This document shows, one piece after another, positions 17,346-27,331 of a stretch of 40,059 nt of DNA. The notes under the pieces were generated by a model, which made no database searches, was not told the origin of the DNA, and was given only the letters and a program-made list of their open reading frames with translations. The stretch lies in assembly GCA_032654565.1 (NCBI GenBank), contig JAULAX010000006.1, forward strand, positions 1 to 40,059, read 5' to 3'. Both the position numbers and the translations under genes were made by a program. Source of the stretch: Anaeromyxobacteraceae bacterium (GTDB lineage: Bacteria; Myxococcota; Myxococcia; Myxococcales; Anaeromyxobacteraceae). The first letter of the stretch is position 1, and the number at the start of each line of letters is the position of its first letter.

Positions 17346-18605
17346 ATGACCATGAAGACGCTCAAGATGGCCCGATCTGGACTCACCGCCGCCGCGCTGG
17401 CGGCGCTGCTCGTCGCTCCGGCGGCCCAGGCGATCTCGACCGAGGTCAAGGGCTGGACCCTCAGCCTCTCCGGGGCCGTCGACGGCTACCTGACCATGGC
17501 GTTCTGCGACACCTCGGCCAGCCCGGCCGTGGCCGGCGGGATCGCGTGCCAGGTGGGGCCGGGGGGCGAGACCCGCTCCGCCATCGAGTCGGGCCTGCTG
17601 CCCGGCTTCCTGAACCTCGAGCTCAAGACCCAGAGCGGCGACATCGAGTACGGGGCCGACCTGGGCTTCTTCTCCGGCCTCAGCAGCACGGACGGCGGCA
17701 AGCGCGGCTTCGCCGCAACCACCATGGACCTGCGCAAGAACTACGTCTTCTTCGGGACCAAGGGCGTCGGCACCATCAAGGTCGGGCGTGACATGGCTCT
17801 CTTCGGCTCCGACGCCATCCTCAACGACATGTCGCTCACCGGCGCCGGCTCCGGCGCGGCCTTCCCGGTGGGCTTCGGCCAGACCACCTTCGGCCGCATC
17901 GGCGTCGGGTACATCTACGTCGACTGGGCTCCGCAGATCGCCTACACCAGCCCCGATCTCTCCGGGGCCAAGATCACGGTGGCCCTGCTCCAGGCCTGGG
18001 ACACGCTGAACTTCTCGGGTACCACCACCCCCTCGCTGCAGGGGCACAAGACGCCGGGCGTTCAGGGCAAGCTGACCTACGACCTGGCCGGCTCCGTCCC
18101 CGCGCACCTCTGGGCTGGCGCCTGGTGGCAGACCGCCGCGTCCCTGGGCGGCGCCAATCCCGTCCCGGTCGGCGAGAGCATCACGACCACCGCCTTCGAG
18201 GTCGGCGCCACGGTCGCTCCGGTGAGTGGCCTGCAGCTCATGGGCTACTTCTACTCCGGCGCCGGCGCGGGCACGACGGGCGTGGTGTTCGACGCCGCCT
18301 CCTGGGACGGCGCCACGCTGGCGACCCGCAAGTCGATGGGCTTCATCGCGCAGGCCACCTATGCCATCAAGAGCGTCAAGCTCGGGTTGAGCTATGGGCA
18401 GAGCTCGCTCGACGTGGCGTCCAACGAGGTGGCCGCCGGCAACCCGCTGGTGAAGAGCAACAGCTCGATCATCGGCGGCCTCTACTACACGCTGGTCCCG
18501 GGACTCACGCTCACGGCCGAGGCGACCGGCACCACCGCGAAGAGCCACGCCGGGACCTCGATCTCCGACACCAGCCTGGCCCTGGGCTCGATCCTCTTCT
18601 TCTGA
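17346..18605 (+). CDS. Outer-membrane porin
   Basis: Signal peptide (AQA), alternating beta-strand pattern, GTIKVGRD, QIAYTSP, C-terminal Phe. Confidence 0.85.
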   Translation: MTMKTLKMARSGLTAAALAALLVAPAAQAISTEVKGWTLSLSGAVDGYLTMAFCDTSASPAVAGGIACQVGPGGETRSAIESGLLPGFLNLELKTQSGDIEYGADLGFFSGLSSTDGGKRGFAATTMDLRKNYVFFGTKGVGTIKVGRDMALFGSDAILNDMSLTGAGSGAAFPVGFGQTTFGRIGVGYIYVDWAPQIAYTSPDLSGAKITVALLQAWDTLNFSGTTTPSLQGHKTPGVQGKLTYDLAGSVPAHLWAGAWWQTAASLGGANPVPVGESITTTAFEVGATVAPVSGLQLMGYFYSGAGAGTTGVVFDAASWDGATLATRKSMGFIAQATYAIKSVKLGLSYGQSSLDVASNEVAAGNPLVKSNSSIIGGLYYTLVPGLTLTAEATGTTAKSHAGTSISDTSLALGSILFF

Positions 18606-18782
18606 CGCGGCAGCAGCCGAGGTTGCAGCGCGGGTGGGCCTGGCAGGCCCGGGATCTCCTAGGGGTGGGGGTCCTGGGTCTGCCCGGGTCGTTCCTGGGA
18701 GCACCGAAGGCGGTGCCCGGCGAGGTATTCCGGCGGTGGTGGCGGCGGCGGGGACCTTCCTCGGGTATTGTTCGCGAGGTCG

Positions 18783-20468
18783 ATGGGCACCTTCAGGCTG
18801 ACCGGGTATCGCAGGAGCGTGGTGAGGAGGTTCTCCCTCCTCCTGGTGGCGTCGGCCATCCTCCCCATGGTGGCCGTCGGCCTGGTCTACGACCGCTACG
18901 CCAGGAGCCTCCTCGAGGAGTTCACCGGTGAGCGGATCCGGGGGCAGCTGGCCGCCACCGCCAGCCGCGTCGGGTCGTTCCTCGAGGCCCGCACCTACCA
19001 GCTGGAGACCATCGCCACCTACCCGGCGCCGCCGACGGCCCGGCCGGGCGCCGCCCTGGCGTCGCTGGTGCGCATCGAGGCCGACGCCGCGGACCTCTAC
19101 GGGATCCTCTTCTTCTCCGACGCCGGCGTCCTGACCCGGGCCATCGCCGGCCAGGCCGCCGCCGGGCCTCCCTACTGGAGCAACTTCGACTTCGACCTCG
19201 CGACCCTGCCGCGCCAGGTGGTCGGGGAGACCAGCGTCATCGGACCGGTGCCGCCGCGGGACGGCCAGTCCGGCTGGTTCCTCCTGCAGCACCGGCTCCA
19301 CGGGGGCGGAGCGGTGGCGCTGCAGGTGCGCCTGGCCTCGGTCACCGAGCTGATGGGCGCCACCTCGGCGGCCGAGGTGGTGCGGCCCTTCCTGCGAACC
19401 CCGGCCGGCGACTTCGACGGGCGCGGTCTCCCCGCCGCCACGGCCCACGCCGAGGTCGTGGTCGGGCCCGAGGTGCTCCCCGGCTGGCGGCCCTGCCTGG
19501 TGGTGGACCCCGAGGAGCTGCTGCGGCCCTTCCAGGCCGCGCGCGTCGCGCTGCTGCTGGCTTCGGTGGTCGCGGCCGGCGGCATCGCCTGGGTGCTGGT
19601 GGCGATGGCCGGCAGGCTGAAGCACCGGGTGGATCTCCTGGCCCACGGCGCCGAGGCGGTCTCGTCGGGCGACTTCTCCCACCGGGTCCCGCTGGAGGGC
19701 GACGACGAGATCGGCCTGCTGGCCACCACCTTCAACCGCATGGCCTCGCGCCTCGGCCGGCTCATCGAGCGGACCGTGCGGATGAAGCGGCTGGCGGCCC
19801 TCGGCGAGTTCTCCACCGGCGTGGCCCACGAGGTCCGCAACCCGCTCGCCACGCTCAAGACCACGGTCCAGGCGCTGGCACGGCTCGAGGAGGACGGCGA
19901 GCGCTCCGCCCTCCTGGCCAGCATGCTCAGCGAGATCGACCGCATGGGCCGGGCCATGGAGGACATCCTGGTGTTCGGCAGGCCCCGGGCGCCCGAGCCG
20001 CGAGCGGTGGCGCTGAGCGAGGTCCTGCCCGCGATGCTCCGGCTGACCGGGCCCGAGGCGGCCCAGCGCGGCGTCGAGCTCCTGGTGGAGGGCGACCTGG
20101 GGGCCGTCGCCCTGGTCGACCCCGACCACCTCTCCCAGATCCTCCTCAACCTCATCCAGAACGCGCTGCACGCCAGCCAGGCCGGAGGCCGGATCGTGGT
20201 CCTCGTGGTGGCCGAGGAGGGCCAGCTGACGATCGAGGTCGCCGACACCGGGAGCGGGATCGCCCCGGAGAAGCTGGCCCACGTCTTCGAGCCGTTCTTC
20301 ACCACCAAGCCGGGCGGCACCGGCCTCGGCCTCCCCATCTCCAGGCAGCTGGCCGAGCTGAACGGCGGTGGGCTGGTCCTGGAGAGCGCCGCCGGAAGGG
20401 GCACCACGGCGCGGGTCACGCTCCGGCCCGGAGGGAGGGCGCATGTCGAGCATCCTGATCATCGATGA
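18783..20468 (+). CDS. Sensor histidine kinase (periplasmic domain, HAMP, HisKA, HATPase)
   Basis: Two TM segments, DEIGLLATTFNRM, GVAHEVRNPL, NLIQNA, DTGSGI, FEPFFTTK, GTGLGL. Confidence 0.95.
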   Translation: MGTFRLTGYRRSVVRRFSLLLVASAILPMVAVGLVYDRYARSLLEEFTGERIRGQLAATASRVGSFLEARTYQLETIATYPAPPTARPGAALASLVRIEADAADLYGILFFSDAGVLTRAIAGQAAAGPPYWSNFDFDLATLPRQVVGETSVIGPVPPRDGQSGWFLLQHRLHGGGAVALQVRLASVTELMGATSAAEVVRPFLRTPAGDFDGRGLPAATAHAEVVVGPEVLPGWRPCLVVDPEELLRPFQAARVALLLASVVAAGGIAWVLVAMAGRLKHRVDLLAHGAEAVSSGDFSHRVPLEGDDEIGLLATTFNRMASRLGRLIERTVRMKRLAALGEFSTGVAHEVRNPLATLKTTVQALARLEEDGERSALLASMLSEIDRMGRAMEDILVFGRPRAPEPRAVALSEVLPAMLRLTGPEAAQRGVELLVEGDLGAVALVDPDHLSQILLNLIQNALHASQAGGRIVVLVVAEEGQLTIEVADTGSGIAPEKLAHVFEPFFTTKPGGTGLGLPISRQLAELNGGGLVLESAAGRGTTARVTLRPGGRAHVEHPDHR

Positions 20469-21792
20469 CGAGGCGGCGCTGGTGAACTCGATCTCCTTCG
20501 CGCTGCGCGGCGAGGGGTACGAGGTGGCGGGCGCCGGGACCGCCGCGGAGGGGCTGCGGGCGGCGGAGCGGACCACGCCCTCCCTGGTGATCCTCGACCT
20601 CAGGCTCCCGGACGGGACCGGGCTCGAGGCGCTGGAGAAGCTGCTGGCCGCGGTCCCCGGCCTCCCGGTCATCATGATCTCGGCCCACGGTGACACCCGG
20701 GTCGCGGTCAAGGCGGTCAAGGCCGGGGCCTTCGACTACCTCACCAAGCCGTTCGAGCTCGACGAGCTGCTGCTCACCATCCGCTCGGCCCTGGAGCGGG
20801 AGCGGATGAGCCAGGAGATCGCCCGCTTCAGGGAGGCGACGCTGGCCGGCGGCGAGCTGGTGGGCGAGAGCCCGGTGGTGCGGGCGCTGGCCGAGGCGAC
20901 CCGCCAGGTCGGGGCCAGCCACGCCGGCCGGGTGCTGCTGCTGGGCGAGTCGGGGTCGGGGAAGGCGCTGGTGGCTCGCGCCCTCCACGGCCAGAGCTCG
21001 AGGGCCAGGGGACCGTTCGTGGAGGTGAACTGCGCGGCGCTGCCGGAGCAGCTCATCGAGGCCGAGCTCTTCGGCGCCGAGAAGGGCTCCTACACCGGCG
21101 CCACGCAGCGGCGGGTGGGGCTGGCCGCGCTGGCCGACGGCGGCACCCTCTTCCTCGACGAGATCGGTGAGCTGCCGCTGCCCCTGCAGGCCAAGATCCT
21201 GCACTTCCTGGAGGACGGCTCCTACCGGCCGGTCGGCTCCGGTCGGCCCATGGTCTCGGACGTCCGGGTGGTGGCCGCCACCAACCGCGATCTGGCCGCG
21301 GAGGTCGCGGCCGGCCGGTTCCGGGAGGACCTCTACTACCGGCTCAACGTGGTGCACCTCTCCGTCCCACCGCTCCGCGAGCGGGGGAACGACATCCTGG
21401 TCCTGGCCCGTCACTTCGCCGAGCGGTACGCCCGCGAGGAGCGCTGCGCGCCGGTGAGGTTCCCGCCGGAGGCCGAGGCGGTCCTGCTCGGCTACCGCTG
21501 GCCAGGCAACGTGCGCGAGCTGCGCAACCTGGTGGAGCGGCTGACCATCCTCAGCCCGGGGCGCACCATCCAGCCGGACGACCTCCCGGCGGTGGCGGCG
21601 CCCGCGGCCTCCCGGCCGGCCCACGCCCCTGGCACCACCCGCTCCATCGAGGCGGAGCTGGAGGACTCGGAGCGGGAGCTGCTCCTCTCCGCGCTGCGGG
21701 AGGCCGAGGGTCACCGTGGCCAGGCGGCGAGGGCGCTGGGGATCTCGCGCCACGCGCTGAAGCGCCGGCTCCAGCGGCTGGGGCTCCTGTGA
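20443..21792 (+). CDS. sigma54-dependent response regulator (NtrC/AtoC family)
   Basis: REC (IIDDE, LDLRLPD, TKPF), AAA+ (GESGSGK, ELFGAEKGSYTGA, LFLDEIGE, FREDLYYRL, WPGNVREL), Fis-type HTH. Confidence 0.95.
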   Translation: MSSILIIDDEAALVNSISFALRGEGYEVAGAGTAAEGLRAAERTTPSLVILDLRLPDGTGLEALEKLLAAVPGLPVIMISAHGDTRVAVKAVKAGAFDYLTKPFELDELLLTIRSALERERMSQEIARFREATLAGGELVGESPVVRALAEATRQVGASHAGRVLLLGESGSGKALVARALHGQSSRARGPFVEVNCAALPEQLIEAELFGAEKGSYTGATQRRVGLAALADGGTLFLDEIGELPLPLQAKILHFLEDGSYRPVGSGRPMVSDVRVVAATNRDLAAEVAAGRFREDLYYRLNVVHLSVPPLRERGNDILVLARHFAERYAREERCAPVRFPPEAEAVLLGYRWPGNVRELRNLVERLTILSPGRTIQPDDLPAVAAPAASRPAHAPGTTRSIEAELEDSERELLLSALREAEGHRGQAARALGISRHALKRRLQRLGLL

Positions 21793-23141
21793 CGGGCCCC
21801 GATCTGGCCCGGTGCCCGGGCGGCGGGGCTCGTCGCCGCCTGGTCCCGACGCCGCTGCTCCTGGCCGCGGCGATCGCGGCCGTCGCGCCGGCGCTCCCCG
21901 CCCAGGCGCGCATCGAGCTGGGCGCCTCGGCCGCCGAGGCCGACGTCACCATCGGCTGCATGTTCCCCATGACCGGACGCTCGGCCAACTACGGGCGCGA
22001 CAGCGTGGGCGGCATCCGGGTGGCGCTGGAGCGGCTGGCCCAGCCAGGGCCGGCCGGCCGGCGGCCACGGCTCCGGATCCTGGTGGAGGACGACCGCTCC
22101 AAGGCCGCGCACGCGGTGCAGCTGGCGGAGGACTACATCCGCCGCGACGGCGCCCGCTTCCTCTGCGGCGTGGTGAGCTCGGGCGTGGCGCAGGCCGTCA
22201 GCCGCTTCGCGGCCGGCCAGGAGGTGATCTTTATCGGCACCGACCACGCCACCTCCCGGCTCACCATCGAGGACTTCCACCGGCGGTACTTCCGGGTGTC
22301 CAACGACACCTTCTCCTCCATGGCGGCCGGGGCCCGGTACCTGGCCGACCTCCGAAGGCGGTTCCCCTGGCGAAGGCTGGCGTTCGTGGGAGCCGACTAC
22401 GACTACGGCCACGTCTCGCTCCAGGATCTGCGGACCAGCCTGGACCAGCTCGGGGCGCCGTACGACCTGGTCGCGACCCTCTGGCCGAAGCTCTACGAGC
22501 CGGACTACGCCGAGGTGATCCGCGCGCTCCAGGGCGCCAAGCCCGACGTGGTGGTGACGGCCCTGTGGGGCGGCGACTTCATCGCCTTCCTGAAGCAGGT
22601 GGCGGCCACCGATCTCCTCGGCGGGGCCCGGCTCGCCAACTTCGACACCGGCGGCAACTACGACCTGCTGGTGGCGCTGGGGAGCTCGCCGCCGCCCGGC
22701 CTCATCCTTTCGGCGCGCCACCACAACAACTGGCCGGAGACGCCGCTGAACCGGTGGTTCGTCCAGGCCTTCCACCGGCTCGAAGGGCGCTACCCGACCT
22801 ACGCCGCCGAGGGGGCCTACAGCGGGATCATGGCCATCGCCGAGGCCGTGCGGCGGACCGGGCCGCAGGGGTCGATCGACCAGCTGGTCCGGGCCCTGGA
22901 GGGACTCCACCTCGAGCTGCCGGAGGACCCGCCGGGCTTCACCTCGTACATCGACCCCGGGACCCACCAGATCGCCCAGGCGCAGGCCATCGGCGAGGTG
23001 CTGCCCAGCACCGACTTCCCGCCGGCCAGGGTGATGCTGGGGAACTGGGTCGCCTATCCCGCCGAGCTGCTCAAGCCCTCTCCGGAGGTCCTTCGGGCGC
23101 GCCGCGAGAAGGCCAGCCGGCGCGACTACCTGGTGGAGTAG
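21789..23141 (+). CDS. LivJ/K-type periplasmic binding protein coupled to the TCS (probable co-sensor)
   Basis: IGCMFPMTG, VEDDRSK, GVVSSGVA, DYDYG, TALWGGD; GTGA overlap with the regulator stop. Confidence 0.85.
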   Translation: MTGPDLARCPGGGARRRLVPTPLLLAAAIAAVAPALPAQARIELGASAAEADVTIGCMFPMTGRSANYGRDSVGGIRVALERLAQPGPAGRRPRLRILVEDDRSKAAHAVQLAEDYIRRDGARFLCGVVSSGVAQAVSRFAAGQEVIFIGTDHATSRLTIEDFHRRYFRVSNDTFSSMAAGARYLADLRRRFPWRRLAFVGADYDYGHVSLQDLRTSLDQLGAPYDLVATLWPKLYEPDYAEVIRALQGAKPDVVVTALWGGDFIAFLKQVAATDLLGGARLANFDTGGNYDLLVALGSSPPPGLILSARHHNNWPETPLNRWFVQAFHRLEGRYPTYAAEGAYSGIMAIAEAVRRTGPQGSIDQLVRALEGLHLELPEDPPGFTSYIDPGTHQIAQAQAIGEVLPSTDFPPARVMLGNWVAYPAELLKPSPEVLRARREKASRRDYLVE

Positions 23142-23155
23142 CCGCTCGCCGTTCG

Positions 23156-23170
23156 GAGCGGATTCCGCTC
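23156..23170 (+). promoter_or_regulatory. Candidate enhancer palindrome 3 (GAGCGGATTCCGCTC)
   Basis: Perfect 7-1-7 inverted repeat, same motif. Confidence 0.65.
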
Positions 23171-23276
23171 GACGGCTCACCGCCACGGCGCGCCTTCCGC
23201 TCCAGGCGCCCTCGTCGGGCGCGGCCGGCGGCCGGATCGGCCCGGCCCCGGCGGGTGTCCCCGGCCGGGGGGACCG

Positions 23277-23292
23277 CGGCACGACCCTTGCT
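23277..23292 (+). promoter_or_regulatory. sigma54 -24/-12 promoter (transport/catabolic operon)
   Basis: CGGCACGACCCTTGCT, close to the TGGCAC-N5-TTGC consensus. Confidence 0.85.
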
Positions 23293-23369
23293 GTACACTG
23301 ACCCCGGTCACTCGTCTTCGCCCCCTCCGCGCCACCGCTGTCCGCCAGAACCAGGAGCCAAGGAACCTC

Positions 23370-24686
23370 ATGAACACGTCCCGGACCGCACCCTCCCGCT
23401 GGTTGTTCGCCGTCTCCCTCCTCTTCTTCGCCTCGAGCGTCCTCGCCCAGGCCCCTGCCGCTGCCCCGGCCGCGGCACCGCAGGCGCCCTTCAAGATCGG
23501 CGTGGTCACCTTCCTCTCCGGCGCCGCCGCCGGTCCCTTCGGCGTGCCGGCCCGGAACAGCGCCGAGGTGCTGGTCGAGGCCCTCAACGCCGGCAAGGTG
23601 CCGGGCGCCTACGGCAAGAAGGGGCTCGGCGGCCGGGCCATCGAGCTGGTCTTCATCGACGAGGCCGGCGGCGCCACCAAGCAGGTGAGCGAGTACCGGG
23701 ACATCGTGCAGCGCCAGAACGTGGACGCCGTCATCGGCTACATCTCCAGCGGCGACTGCCTGGCGGTGGCCCCGGTGGCCGAGGAGCTCAAGAAGCTCAC
23801 CATCCTCTTCGACTGCGGCACGCCGCGCATCTTCGAGGACGCCAGCTTCAAGTACGTCTTCCGCACCGCCCCGCACGCCACCCTCGACAACGTGGCGGCC
23901 GCCCGCTACGTGCTGGCGGTGAAGCCCAAGGTGAAGAAGGTGGCCGGCATCAACCAGAACTACGCCTGGGGCCAGGACTCCTGGAACGACTTCGAGGCCA
24001 CCTTGAAGGCCCTCAAGCCGGACGTCGAGGTCACCACCTCGCAGATGCCCAAGCTGGGCGCGGGCCAGTACGGCGCCGAGATCTCCGCGCTGATGGCCGG
24101 CAGCCCCGAGATGATCCACTCCAGCTTCTGGGGTGGCGACCTCGACGCCCTGGTGCTGCAGGCCGCCCCCCGCGGCCTCTTCAAGAAGGGCACGGCGGTG
24201 CTCACCGCCGGCGAGACCGCCATGTACAAGCTGGCCGGGCAGCTCCCCGACGGCACGATCATCGGCGCCCGCGGCGCCAACGGCGTCTTCGCGCCGGACA
24301 GCGAGCTGAACCGCTGGTTCCGGACCGCCTACCAGGATCGGAACACCCTCCCTCCCGTCTACCCGTCCTACCGCATGGCCCAGGCCATCCTCGGGCTCAA
24401 GAGCGCCTACGAGAAGGCCCAGGCCGCCGGCGCCGAGGTGCCATCGCAGGACCAGGTCATCGCCGCCTTCGAGGGCATCACCTACGAGTCGCCGAGCGGG
24501 ACGGTCAAGCTGGCCATCGGCAAGGGCCACCAGGCCGTGTCCGAGGCGGTCTACGGCACCGTCAAGAACGTGGGCGGCAAGGTCACCTTCGTCGACGTCA
24601 AGCGCTACCCGGCCGAGCTGGTGCTGCCGCCCGAGGGCGTGAAGAGCGCCGACTGGATCAAGACCTCGCTCAAGCCGGCCAAGTAG
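23370..24686 (+). CDS. HAAT-family (Liv-type) ABC substrate-binding protein
   Basis: Signal peptide, KIGVVTFLSG, IGYISSG, NQNYAWGQD, SSFWGGD. Confidence 0.92.
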   Translation: MNTSRTAPSRWLFAVSLLFFASSVLAQAPAAAPAAAPQAPFKIGVVTFLSGAAAGPFGVPARNSAEVLVEALNAGKVPGAYGKKGLGGRAIELVFIDEAGGATKQVSEYRDIVQRQNVDAVIGYISSGDCLAVAPVAEELKKLTILFDCGTPRIFEDASFKYVFRTAPHATLDNVAAARYVLAVKPKVKKVAGINQNYAWGQDSWNDFEATLKALKPDVEVTTSQMPKLGAGQYGAEISALMAGSPEMIHSSFWGGDLDALVLQAAPRGLFKKGTAVLTAGETAMYKLAGQLPDGTIIGARGANGVFAPDSELNRWFRTAYQDRNTLPPVYPSYRMAQAILGLKSAYEKAQAAGAEVPSQDQVIAAFEGITYESPSGTVKLAIGKGHQAVSEAVYGTVKNVGGKVTFVDVKRYPAELVLPPEGVKSADWIKTSLKPAK

Positions 24687-24723
24687 GCGCCGCGACACCG
24701 TCCCCCAGGAAGGCTCGAGTCAC

Positions 24724-25620
24724 ATGAGCACGCTCGTCGCCGTCCTGGTGGACGGGATCATCTACGCGTCGTGGCTCTTCATCATCGCCGCGGGGCTGAC
24801 CATCGTCTACGGCGTCATGCGCATCCTCAACATGGCGCACGGCAGCCTCTACGCGCTGGGGGCCTACGTGGCGGCCTCGCTGGCCGGCGCCTGGCTGCGG
24901 GCTGGCTACGCGCCGCTGGGGAGCTACGCCGTGCTGGTGGCCTCGGCCCTGCTGGTGGGGCTGGTGGTGGGCCCGGTCATCGAGCGGGGGCTGCTGCGCT
25001 TCTGCTACGGGCGCGACGAGGTGGTGCTGGTGCTGGTCACCTACGCGCTGTTCCTCATCCTCGAGGACGCCATGAAGCTGGTGTGGGGGGTGGAGGCCTG
25101 GTTCGTCTCCGAGCCCTACGGCCTGCTCGGCAACCTGGACTTCGGCCCCCTCTCCTACCCGCTCTACAGCGTGGTGATGGTGGTGGCGGCCGTGGTCGTC
25201 GGGCTGGGGCTGCGCTGGGGCATCTACGGCACCCGCCAGGGCAAGCTCCTGGTCGCGGTCATCCACGACCGCGAGGTGAGCGCGGCGCTCGGCATCAACG
25301 TGAACCGGATCTTCATGGTGACCTTCATGCTGGGCACCACGCTGGCGGCGCTGGGCGGCGCCCTCACCGCGCCCACCGTGTCGGTGGTGCCGGGCATGGG
25401 GGTGGAGACCATCGTGCTGGCCTTCGCGGTGGTGGTGATCGGCGGCCTGGGGAGCATGCCCGGCGCCGCCATCGGCTCGATCATCGTCGGGCTGGTCCGC
25501 TCCGGGGCGGTCCACTGGCTGCCCCAGGTGGAGCTCTTCAGCATCTACCTGGTCATGGCCCTGGTCCTGGCCTTCCGGCCCCGCGGGCTGTTCGTCGCGG
25601 CCGAGGCGCGCAAGATATGA
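24724..25620 (+). CDS. LivH-like permease
   Basis: GLTIVYGVMRILNMAHG, FAVVVIGGLGS, RPRGLF. Confidence 0.93.
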   Translation: MSTLVAVLVDGIIYASWLFIIAAGLTIVYGVMRILNMAHGSLYALGAYVAASLAGAWLRAGYAPLGSYAVLVASALLVGLVVGPVIERGLLRFCYGRDEVVLVLVTYALFLILEDAMKLVWGVEAWFVSEPYGLLGNLDFGPLSYPLYSVVMVVAAVVVGLGLRWGIYGTRQGKLLVAVIHDREVSAALGINVNRIFMVTFMLGTTLAALGGALTAPTVSVVPGMGVETIVLAFAVVVIGGLGSMPGAAIGSIIVGLVRSGAVHWLPQVELFSIYLVMALVLAFRPRGLFVAAEARKI

Positions 25621-26561
25621 CCTCGCCCCGTCGCACCGTACAGGGCCTGGCGGTGACGCTGCTGGTGGTGGGGGTGGCGGCGCCCTTCCTGCCGAAGTGG
25701 GCTGGCTTCCTGGTCACCATCGCCATCGCCAAGGCGCTGGTGGCGCTGGGGCTCCTGCTCCTCATGCGCACCGGGCTGGTCTCCTTCGGGCAAGGGCTCT
25801 ACTTTGCCATCGGCGCCTACTCGGCCGGGGTCGGCGCCGAAACCCTCAAGATCACCGACGCCGTTCCCATGGTGCTGCTGGGCGCGCTGGCCGCCGGCCT
25901 GGTGGCCGCCGTGGTGGGGGTGCTGCTGGCCCGCTACCGCACCATCTTCTTCGCCATGCTCAGCCTGGCCTTCTCCATGATCCTCTACGGGCTGCTGGTG
26001 AAGTCGTCGGCCCTCGGCTCCACCGACGGCTTCAACGTCGCCGCCCGGACCGTCTTCGGCCTCGATCCGGCCGGCCCGATCGGGCGCTTCGGGATCTACG
26101 GGCTGGCGGCGCTGGTGGCCTTCCTGGGCGCGGTGGGCGTCGATCGCTACCTGCGCACCCACCTGGGCCGCCTGGCCCCGGCCATCAAGGACAACGAGCT
26201 GCGCGTCGAGTACATGGGCGCCTCGGTCCGGAACGTGGTGCACCTGCACCTGGTCATCGCCGCGGTGCTGGCCGGGGCCGGCGGGGCGCTCACCGCGCTG
26301 GCGGTGGGCCACGTCGACCCCGAGACGGCCTACTGGACCACCTCCGGGGAGTTCGTCTTCGTGGCCATCCTCTCCGGGACCTCGAGCGTGGCGGCCCCGT
26401 TCGCCGGCGCCCTGATCCTGGAGCTGCTGCGGAGCTTCGCCTACGAGCACGCCCCCAACACCTGGCAGCTGGTGATGGGGAGCGTGATGCTGGCCGTCAT
26501 CCTCTTCCTGCCCGAGGGGCTCTGGTCGGTGTTCCGGCGCCGCCGCAAGGCCACGCCATGA
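25617..26561 (+). CDS. LivM-like permease
   Basis: TGLVSFGQG, FFAMLSLAF, AIKDNE, FLPEGL; ATGA overlap. Confidence 0.92.
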   Translation: MTSPRRTVQGLAVTLLVVGVAAPFLPKWAGFLVTIAIAKALVALGLLLLMRTGLVSFGQGLYFAIGAYSAGVGAETLKITDAVPMVLLGALAAGLVAAVVGVLLARYRTIFFAMLSLAFSMILYGLLVKSSALGSTDGFNVAARTVFGLDPAGPIGRFGIYGLAALVAFLGAVGVDRYLRTHLGRLAPAIKDNELRVEYMGASVRNVVHLHLVIAAVLAGAGGALTALAVGHVDPETAYWTTSGEFVFVAILSGTSSVAAPFAGALILELLRSFAYEHAPNTWQLVMGSVMLAVILFLPEGLWSVFRRRRKATP

Positions 26562-27331
26562 GCGCCATCCTCCAGACCACCGGCCTCACCAGGACCTTCG
26601 GCGCGGTGACCGCCGCCAACGCCCTGGACGTCTCCATCGAGGCCGGCAGCGTGGTCGGGCTGATCGGCGGCAACGGGGCCGGCAAGACCACCTTCATCAA
26701 CCTGGTGACCGGCTACCTCAAGCCCACCTCCGGGAAGGTCCACTTCGACGGGCTCGACATCACCGGGCAGCCCCCGCGGCTCATCACCCGGCTCGGGCTG
26801 TGCCGCTCCTTCCAGATCCCCCAGGTCTTCGACAGCCTGACCGCCTACGAGAACCTGCTGGTCGGCCTGGGCATCGTCTCCCTGGGGCGGAAGGCCTTCG
26901 TCGGCAGCGCCCTGGGCCGGCAAGCGCCCGAGGCCGTGGCCGAGGAGATGCTGCAGCGCTTCCGGCTCGGCCCTTACCGCGACCAGCTGGCCAGCACCCT
27001 GCCGGAGGGGGTGCGCAAGCTCCTCGACATCGCCATGGCCCTGGCGGTGAAGCCTCGCATCCTGCTCCTCGACGAGCCCACCAGCGGGGTCTCGGCCGAC
27101 GAGAAGTTCACGCTCATGGACCTGGTCCTCGAGGCCATCCGCGCCGAGGGCGTGACCGTGCTCTTCGTGGAGCACGACATGGACGTGGTGCGCCGCTACG
27201 TGCAGCGCATCCTGGCCTTCTACGAGGGGCGGATCATCGCCGACGGTGACCCGGCCGAGGTGATGGCCCACCCCGACGTCCGCCGCTACGTGGTGGGCGA
27301 GGCGCCCCGGGGCGGGGAGGGATCGTGCTGA
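26558..27331 (+). CDS. LivG-like ATP-binding protein
   Basis: GGNGAGKT, RSFQI, LLDEPTSG, VEHDM; ATGA overlap. Confidence 0.92.
   Translation: MSAILQTTGLTRTFGAVTAANALDVSIEAGSVVGLIGGNGAGKTTFINLVTGYLKPTSGKVHFDGLDITGQPPRLITRLGLCRSFQIPQVFDSLTAYENLLVGLGIVSLGRKAFVGSALGRQAPEAVAEEMLQRFRLGPYRDQLASTLPEGVRKLLDIAMALAVKPRILLLDEPTSGVSADEKFTLMDLVLEAIRAEGVTVLFVEHDMDVVRRYVQRILAFYEGRIIADGDPAEVMAHPDVRRYVVGEAPRGGEGSC

Noticed and set aside
17337..24727. Very long alternative-frame ORFs (e.g. 17337..20720 -, 21711..24698 -, 21812..24727 +)
   Set aside because: Shadow ORFs of high-GC coding DNA, Arg/Pro/Gly-rich with no motifs; the same applies to most short overlapping ORFs in the track.
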